Shown one piece after another: positions 33,249 to 39,112 of a stretch of DNA of 39,112 bases (positions within the stretch are counted from its first letter, which is position 1; each line of letters starts with the position of its first letter). A program made the translations under genes and the position numbers. The stretch covers positions 1 through 39,112 of the IMG/VR virus record IMGVR_UViG_3300031825_000044. The stretch is one strand, 5' to 3'. The DNA is from a virus. The notes under the pieces were generated by a model, which saw nothing but the letters and a program-made list of their open reading frames with translations, ran no database searches and was not told the DNA's origin.

Positions 33249-34785
33249 GGCTAGCTCCCTGAGTGGTGAGCGCGACCCGTGCATCTCTCCCGACGCAGTA
33301 GAGCTGGCAGAGTTCATCGACCACGGCCGTGTCGCTGGCATACCAGCGCAACCCCAACTCTGTCATGTGGCCCTGAAGCTGCCGCAGCATCTCGGCCAGG
33401 CCGGGCGCCTTGCCACCGAGAACCAGCGCGTTGGCCGCCTGCTGGAGCAGGCCCGAGTAGTCCACGCGCATGCCCTGGTGCTCTTTCGTCAGTAGCGGCA
33501 CGGCCGGCGCCGCCTGGGCTGCTGGCTGCGGGGTAGCGTAGTAGGCTGTCATGCCCGGGCCGGATTCCTTGTTCAGCATGGCTCCAATGCCAGCCAAACG
33601 GCGGTCTGCCAGACGAGCTACATCCGCATCGCGGACATAGAAAGCCGGGACCGGCTGCGCATCCTCTCCGGCCCGTCCGCGCAGAAGCTCCATCGCGTGC
33701 TGCAGCAGCAGCTCGGCGCTGTAGTCATGCGATGCGATGCGAGCCTCGATTTCGGCGAGGGTGTACGGTTCCTTGATAGGGTGCGCAGTAGTCTGATGCG
33801 GCCGAGTTGGGGCAGCCAGTGGTGCAGCCTGTGCGGCATCGGGGTTGATGATCCAGCCGCCCCCGAGCCCAACGAGCGTGCCAGTGGGTCGCGCATCCTC
33901 TTCGGCCAGCGGCGCAGTCTGTACGGCGGGGGCGGAACACAGTTTCCTGATCGGAGCGGCAATGAATTCATCTGCCGCTAGCATCGCATTGCGCCAGGGA
34001 TCGTTTGCACTACTGTGCTCGCCGATTTCTTCACCCGTGATAGCGGCGATCTGCGCCGCCAACTGGTCGGCCATATCGTGGTAGGAATCGCGCTCCCGTA
34101 GCGCCTGGTCCCACATCTCATCATCGGTGGGACGCGGCGCAGCGCTACCTGCAGCGAAGCCAGCATTCCATTGAGCCTGCATATCGGCAGCATCAAATTC
34201 ATGCGATGCGGCACCGTAGCGGGACAGCACCAGGCCGGCGAAATGCTGCATTGCCTCGAGCCCATCTCCGCCGGCCGCCTCGGTGGCGGCGTCCCAAAGA
34301 TGCCTGACATCCATCAGGCTCGGCTGGGCCTGCGGCGCAGTTGTCAACGATTGGTTGACTGCTGCAGCGGCCTGCTCCTGGGTGAGCTTGGGGAACGCCG
34401 CGCCGCCGTGCCACGCCACTGGCTGCGCTGCCTGCTGCGCGATGGAGCGCTTGGCATCCTTCATGCCGGCCTCGTAGCCCGCGATGAATCGGGGGTGGCT
34501 CTTGTCGTCCAGCGGCGTGGCCTGTGCGGCAGGGATACCAAGCACATCGCGCGCCGCCGCCAGCGCATCTATCGGCGACAGCAGCCGCTCCGAATATCCG
34601 CGGCATTCCCCGAAGGATTGCCATGCCAGGGCTTGTGCGAGATCGCGCAGGACGATGCGCTCGTCTGGCTTCAATGCAGACTGATTCGCATGCGCCCGCC
34701 ATCCATTGCAAAACGCTGTGCGCTCACCCAACGTCGGGTCATCGTAAGCCTGCGCAAGCGCCTCTTCAAAGTTGTCCTCTTTCAT
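33241..34785 (-). CDS. large early hypothetical protein (514 aa), Ala/Asp/Gln-rich
   Basis: Track ORF with GGAG 6 nt upstream of ATG 34785. I recognise no motif. Confidence 0.65.
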   Translation of the reverse strand: MKEDNFEEALAQAYDDPTLGERTAFCNGWRAHANQSALKPDERIVLRDLAQALAWQSFGECRGYSERLLSPIDALAAARDVLGIPAAQATPLDDKSHPRFIAGYEAGMKDAKRSIAQQAAQPVAWHGGAAFPKLTQEQAAAAVNQSLTTAPQAQPSLMDVRHLWDAATEAAGGDGLEAMQHFAGLVLSRYGAASHEFDAADMQAQWNAGFAAGSAAPRPTDDEMWDQALRERDSYHDMADQLAAQIAAITGEEIGEHSSANDPWRNAMLAADEFIAAPIRKLCSAPAVQTAPLAEEDARPTGTLVGLGGGWIINPDAAQAAPLAAPTRPHQTTAHPIKEPYTLAEIEARIASHDYSAELLLQHAMELLRGRAGEDAQPVPAFYVRDADVARLADRRLAGIGAMLNKESGPGMTAYYATPQPAAQAAPAVPLLTKEHQGMRVDYSGLLQQAANALVLGGKAPGLAEMLRQLQGHMTELGLRWYASDTAVVDELCQLYCVGRDARVALTTQGASHD

Positions 34786-34809
34786 TTCACTCTCCGTTGT
34801 TTGGTATTT

Positions 34810-35208
34810 TTAAAACTCTTCAGTAGACCAACCGCCACCTTCTTTCTTTGACTTGACCTTCACCGCAAGGAATGCAAGCGGGTATTGATCCGCGGCTACT
34901 TTAATTTTCACGCGCGCATCATCAGTCCAAAAGCCCTTTACTTCGTGGGCCTCCAGTTGTCCGTCAGCGCGCATTACAACGAAATCAGGGGTATAGAACG
35001 TGTTGTCGGCGAGCCGAAGCTTCAGGCCCTCGAAGCGATACCAGAGCACCATGCCGGCGTTCCTGAGCAATTCCAGGTGCTGCGCATAGGCTGCTTCTGT
35101 CCGATTCATCTGGCCAGTCTTGAGCCGGCCGAGTGCCCGCATGCGGCTCTGCCCCACTCGCGCGGTCGATGAATGCGGAGCATGGAGAGAACCCATTTCT
35201 ACGCTCAT
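34810..35208 (-). CDS. PD-(D/E)xK-type nuclease (DUF1064-like), possible Holliday-junction resolvase (132 aa)
   Basis: MNRTEAAYAQHLELLRNAGMVLWYRFEG...FYTPDFVV...GQLEAHEVKGFWTDDARVKIKVAADQYP shows a D...E-V-K nuclease signature. ATG 35208 overlaps the upstream TGA. Confidence 0.6.
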   Translation of the reverse strand: MSVEMGSLHAPHSSTARVGQSRMRALGRLKTGQMNRTEAAYAQHLELLRNAGMVLWYRFEGLKLRLADNTFYTPDFVVMRADGQLEAHEVKGFWTDDARVKIKVAADQYPLAFLAVKVKSKKEGGGWSTEEF

Positions 35209-35372
35209 GCCACCACTCCGATTTCCATGCCAAGCGGGCGCTTGGCCATGTCGATGACCGTCGCGGTGAAACGCTCGCCGGCGTTCTCGCGCGCAAGGAT
35301 TCGCCTCGCCCAATCGCGACCGTCATTGCGATGCTCGAGCATCGTTTCAGGCCATTTCATCGTCGTCATCAT
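35205..35372 (-). CDS. small hypothetical protein (55 aa), not in the ORF track
   Basis: ATG 35372 overlaps the upstream TGA, and its own TGA overlaps the next ATG, so it is coupled at both ends. MMTTMKWPETMLEHRNDGRDWARRILARENAGERFTATVIDMAKRPLGMEIGVVA. It exactly fills a 160-nt gap. Confidence 0.6.
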   Translation of the reverse strand: MMTTMKWPETMLEHRNDGRDWARRILARENAGERFTATVIDMAKRPLGMEIGVVA

Positions 35373-36080
35373 TGCTGCGCTCCCTTCCGGTATTGCGCAA
35401 TTCGGTCAGCAATAGCCTGCTTGGCAGCGATGACTGCATCGCGTTCCGCCTTGACTGCCGCATCCCGCGCGACAACGCGATCCATGCGCGACAGGTTCAT
35501 CTTCGCGATCTCGTCCTTCACGCGCTGCAACCCCTCGGGGTTGCCCGTGACGTTGGTCGGCATCGGAGGCGGCAAGAGCGCGGCGACATGGGACGCTGGC
35601 AGAAGACCCTGACACTTCGCCTCGGCCAGCGCAGCATCGCGCTTGTGCGGGTCGCTGCCGATAGATGGCCACCATTTGACCGGCTCGGTTGCCGCGGCCG
35701 TGATGCGCTGGTACGCCTCCTTGAACGCCATCCGCGCGCCAACCTCATCGCCGATATCCATGACTGGCTTGCAGATGCCCCACGCCTGTGCGATCTCGTC
35801 ATTCAGGATGACCATTTCGGTTTCGTCGCACGCCTTGACCGCGAGCGCCCACGCTTCTTCCGCGCCGAGTCGGTCAATCTTCGGCTTCAGGATAGCCAGC
35901 AACGAAGCAGGAGTCGGAGGGTTACGCGGATCTTCCACAGCGTGCTTGAGGCAGGCCATGCGAAAATCTTCGATCGACACATCAGCAAATATCTCGAACC
36001 ACAACTTCATGGTCTCTGGGAGATAGGGGCGACGACCATAGCTGTCCGCCGTGGCCTTGAGTACATTCGCGAACTGCGGC

Positions 36081-36097
<17 letters not shown>
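35369..36097 (-). CDS. putative replication accessory protein (242 aa)
   Basis: ATG 36097 overlaps the replication-initiator gene by 17 nt. MHESDKPQFANVLKATADSYGRRPYLPETMKLWFEIF.... The function is inferred only from position. Confidence 0.55.
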
Positions 36098-36996
<899 letters not shown>

Positions 36997-37013
<17 letters not shown>

Positions 37014-37446
37014 TGATGTGAAGACGCTTCTTGGCTTTTAGATATGCAGCGCGGGCTTCCTCAGGGGTATCGAAATAGCCGAGATGGTGACGAATTTTGT
37101 TCGCCTGAATCTTTGATTGCCATCTGCGGTGCTGACAATTCCACGTCGCGCCGAGCGCGCGGCGGTTCTGAGAATTGCCGGCGCGATCAACCACGCGCAA
37201 ATTGCTCAGACGGTTGTTGAGCGGATCGCCATCAATGTGATCGATCTCGCCGTCCGGCCATACTCCATGCGTGAGGAACCAAGCTAGGCGATGCGCTCGG
37301 TATGCGCGGCGGCCAAGTTTTATCTGCTGGTAGCCATAAGATGTCACGGAACCTGCGATCTTGCCAGCGGTTATGCCACGGGCGCTTACTGCCCAGCGAA
37401 ACACACCTGTCTCAGGTTCATATGAAATGCGATCGAAATAGTTCAT
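36997..37446 (-). CDS. HNH endonuclease with an AP2-type DNA-binding domain (149 aa)
   Basis: AHRLAWFLTHGVWPDGEIDHIDGDPLNNRLSNLRVV is the HNH_3 pattern. RRWQSKIQANKIRHHLGYFDTPEEARAAYLKA is AP2-like. It overlaps the replication gene start by 17 nt. Confidence 0.85.
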
Positions 37447-37458
37447 ACGGGCACCTGC

Positions 37459-37551
37459 TTACTCCCACGACAACTGATCGACGTTCTGCAACTCGTTCAT
37501 CCGCTCGCGTGCGCTTTCAACCTCATCGGCCGAAACTGTTTCCGCGGTCAT
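37459..37551 (-). CDS. tiny ORF (30 aa) between the cro-like gene and the HNH
   Basis: ATG 37551 has GAGGA 6 nt upstream. MTAETVSADEVESARERMNELQNVDQLSWE. There is no other support. Confidence 0.3.
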   Translation of the reverse strand: MTAETVSADEVESARERMNELQNVDQLSWE

Positions 37552-37559
37552 CGCAGTCC

Positions 37560-37763
37560 TCAGGCAGCAGCTGGTTCTGCCAGTTGGGATACCGACTTCA
37601 TGGCCTCGCGCAGCTTGGTGTAGGTGCGCAGGTTCACGGATTCGACCTCGCCATTGGCGATGCGAGACAGGGTCTTGGTGCTCAAGCCGGTATCGGCAGC
37701 GATCCGCGTCCAGCGACCGCGTTGATCGGTAAGCCAAGCACGCAGCACATTCATTTCGTCCAT
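37560..37763 (-). CDS. Cro/YdaS-like HTH DNA-binding protein (67 aa)
   Basis: RIAADTGLSTKTLSRIANGE is an HTH. GAGG lies 7 nt upstream. It is the first gene downstream of the operator-bearing promoter. Confidence 0.8.
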   Translation of the reverse strand: MDEMNVLRAWLTDQRGRWTRIAADTGLSTKTLSRIANGEVESVNLRTYTKLREAMKSVSQLAEPAAA

Positions 37764-37783
37764 TTGGGAGCCTCATCGTGGCT

Positions 37784-37844
37784 AGACATATACGTCTGAA
37801 CCATCATAAGACAGATTCGCCTTATGCGCAAGACGCAAACGTCT
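37784..37844 (-). promoter_or_regulatory. early promoter (minus strand) with two AGAC-N6-GTCT operators
   Basis: On the minus strand: -35 TTGCGC (37826-37831), a 17-nt spacer, -10 TATGAT (37803-37808). Operators are AGACATATACGTCT (37784-37797, just downstream of the -10) and AGACGCAAACGTCT (37831-37844, abutting the -35). Confidence 0.6.
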
Positions 37845-37953
37845 GTGGAGAGTCGATGGAGTTCGGCTCCATGGATTGAGCGGGCTTTTTTTCGTCCTGA
37901 AAAACGTGGCCTATCGGACTCGGCTGTCCGATTGAAACGTTTTCGTCTTATCT

Positions 37954-37995
37954 AGACACATTCGTCTTGCTATCTAGACGCTTACGTCTTACAGT
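37954..37995 (+). promoter_or_regulatory. divergent early promoter (plus strand) with two AGAC-N6-GTCT operators
   Basis: -35 TTGCTA (37967-37972), a 17-nt spacer, -10 TACAGT (37990-37995). Operators are AGACACATTCGTCT (37954-37967) and AGACGCTTACGTCT (37976-37989, filling the spacer). Confidence 0.6.
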
Positions 37996-38030
37996 AGAGC
38001 CATCAGCACAACACACCCAGGAGCCGAGAT

Positions 38031-38204
38031 ATGTCCCAAGCCAGATGCAATGCGCGCCGTCGCCGCCAAGCCGCCAATGGGTTTACCCACTTGGCCATGC
38101 TTGGGCGGCCCATCTACAAGAAGCCTGATGCCAACGCTTCGGCGCGTCGTCTGCGTCAGCTGATCGAGACGGAACGCCGCATCAGCCAAAAAGCGAAGAA
38201 GTAA
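38031..38204 (+). CDS. small arginine-rich protein (57 aa), first gene of the plus-strand early operon; not in the ORF track
   Basis: ATG 38031 has AGGAG 7 nt upstream. MSQARCNARRRRQAANGFTHLAMLGRPIYKKPDANASARRLRQLIETERRISQKAKK. TAA is at 38202-38204. Confidence 0.55.
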   Translation: MSQARCNARRRRQAANGFTHLAMLGRPIYKKPDANASARRLRQLIETERRISQKAKK

Positions 38205-38306
38205 CTCGCTTACGCTGTCCCGCCACGCTGCGCGCCGCGCGCGACCTGCAGGGCTACTGATTCCACGGCTCGCACCTGGCCATCAGGTGTATTTCAGGAG
38301 AAAACG

Positions 38307-38657
38307 ATGAAGAAGCAACAACTGCAGCAGTTCCGTCAGGGCGATGTGCTCGTGGAGCGCGTGGCATCGATGCCGGATACCAAGATGACCGAGATCAAGA
38401 CGGATGGCCGTGTGGTGCTCGCATACGGAGAAGTCACTGGCCATGCCCATGCGATCTATCCCGAAGCCGGCGTCCTGCCCGCGAAGCTGTGGGATGCGGG
38501 TGCGGAGCGCTTCCTCCAGGTGATGGAGAAGACCTCGATCCAACACGAAGAACACGGCCCGATCCACCTCGAGCCCGGCATCTACCGCGTTTCGAAATTC
38601 GGCGAAGGCACCCAGCGCGAATACTCGCCCGAGGAAATCCGCCGCATCGCCGACTGA
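38307..38657 (+). CDS. conserved phage hypothetical protein (116 aa)
   Basis: Track ORF with AGGAG upstream. RQGDVLVERV...VLAYGEVTGHAHAI...HEEHGPIHLEPGIYRV is a pattern I recall from many phage genomes. Its function is unknown. Confidence 0.7.
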   Translation: MKKQQLQQFRQGDVLVERVASMPDTKMTEIKTDGRVVLAYGEVTGHAHAIYPEAGVLPAKLWDAGAERFLQVMEKTSIQHEEHGPIHLEPGIYRVSKFGEGTQREYSPEEIRRIAD

Positions 38658-38710
38658 TCAAGAGCCAGGGCGCTCAGCGCCCTCCCACACCTACAGAGAG
38701 ACTAAAAATC

Positions 38711-39112
38711 ATGGCCAAGATCATTCGCACGCCGACCCGCGCTGAAGGCGGAATCACTCCGGCTGAAAAAGCAAAGATGGACCTGATCTCGAAGAAGTGG
38801 ATCGACATCGCGATGCGTACCAATCCCATCGAGCCGGAGAAGATCACGCCGGCTATCGAAGCGCTCTATGCCGCCGGGGGGCTGAAAAAGCCGCGCGTGG
38901 TAATCGTGCCGAGCCCGATGGTGATGGCTTTCGCATACGGTGCTTCGGCGTGGATCTGGCATTGCCGCAAACAGGATGCCACGTACGCCGCCACGGACGC
39001 CGCCACGGTCGCCGCCACGCGCGCCGCCACGGACGCCGCCACGGACGCCGCCACGCGCGCCGCCACGGTCGCCGCCACGTACGCCGCCACGGACGCCGCC
39101 ACGTACGCCGCC
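38711..39112 (+). CDS. 5' part of the (A-A-T-X)n repeat protein; it continues at nt 1 if the sequence is circular
   Basis: ATG at 38711 with purine-rich GAGAGA upstream. It is open for 134 codons to the window end, and is absent from the ORF track because it has no stop. MAKIIRTPTRAEGGITPAEKAKMDLISKKWIDIAMR...[18 protein letters not shown]... Confidence 0.8.
   Translation, partial: MAKIIRTPTRAEGGITPAEKAKMDLISKKWIDIAMRTNPIEPEKITPAIEALYAAGGLKKPRVVIVPSPMVMAFAYGASAWIWHCRKQDATYAATDAATVAATRAATDAATDAATRAATVAATYAATDAATYAA
38978..39112 (+). repeat. Start of the same 12-nt tandem repeat array (11 units), running off the window end
   Basis: gcc acg tac gcc gcc acg gac ... in the frame of the ORF that starts at 38711. 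X codons read Y D V R D D R V Y D Y. Confidence 0.97.
39002..39112. repeat. 111-nt terminal duplication identical to nt 1-111 (circular-contig overlap or terminal redundancy)
   Basis: Base-by-base comparison of 39002-39112 with 1-111 shows no mismatch. The reading frame is preserved across the join. Confidence 0.9.

Noticed and set aside
34985-35326. 113-aa minus-strand ORF bridging the nuclease gene and the upstream gap
   Set aside because: Its translation is Arg/Ser/Pro-rich. The gap is better explained by the doubly coupled 55-aa ORF (35205-35372) plus the nuclease start at 35208.
37459-37776. 105-aa minus-strand ORF overlapping the cro-like gene
   Set aside because: The other frame (37560-37763) gives a clean HTH protein with a Shine-Dalgarno sequence. 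Only the last 30 codons (37459-37551) lie outside it, and I list them separately at low confidence.
37857-37892. Intrinsic terminator between the two operator pairs (hairpin ATGGAG-ttcgg-CTCCAT and a T7 run)
   Set aside because: The T-run lies 13 nt downstream of the hairpin rather than adjacent to it, so it does not fit a canonical rho-independent terminator. I keep it only as an unexplained element within the immunity-region finding.
37989-38189. 66-aa minus-strand ORF in the immunity region
   Set aside because: It has no ribosome-binding site and would be transcribed into the operator region. The plus-strand 57-aa ORF on the same DNA has an AGGAG and sits behind a promoter.

Overview
The window reads as one complete, circularly closed genome of a temperate, GC-rich tailed phage. 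It has a P22-like podovirus structural module and lambdoid-style early regions. The last 111 nt (39002-39112) are identical to nt 1-111, so the unique circle is about 39,001 bp, and the join lies inside a coding 12-nt tandem repeat. Plus strand (38031 -> wrap -> 6967): a promoter/operator region; a 57-aa arginine-rich ORF; a 116-aa ORF; a protein carrying an (Ala-Ala-Thr-X)n repeat; small ORFs, one split by an in-frame TAG; a PD-(D/E)xK exonuclease plus partner; a terminator; a C5 cytosine methyltransferase locus that is open in two frames; a Myb/SANT-like protein; a DUF4224/Xis-like protein; a tyrosine integrase; and an attP core matching the 3' end of a tRNA-Ser. Minus strand (37763 -> 7214): a Cro-like HTH; an HNH-AP2 endonuclease; a replication initiator with an internal ori; about 20 translationally coupled early ORFs; TerS and TerL; portal; scaffold; an inserted HNH; P22-type coat; adaptor; a gp10-like protein; small tail proteins; a cupin hydroxylase plus a GNAT; three ejection-type proteins, one with an SLT domain; a beta-helix tailspike; a fibre-like protein; endolysin; two holin-like proteins; and an embedded Rz/Rz1 pair. 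I found no rRNA, complete tRNA, CRISPR array, transposase or reverse transcriptase. The most unusual points are: (1) the methyltransferase locus, where two nested reading frames each carry recognisable motifs; (2) the repeat array, in which only one dinucleotide per 12-nt unit varies among four values; (3) two modifying enzymes hard-wired into the virion operon; (4) an immunity region with four operators but no CI-type repressor; and (5) an amber-interrupted conserved gene. All functional calls rest on motif recognition by eye. No database search was run.
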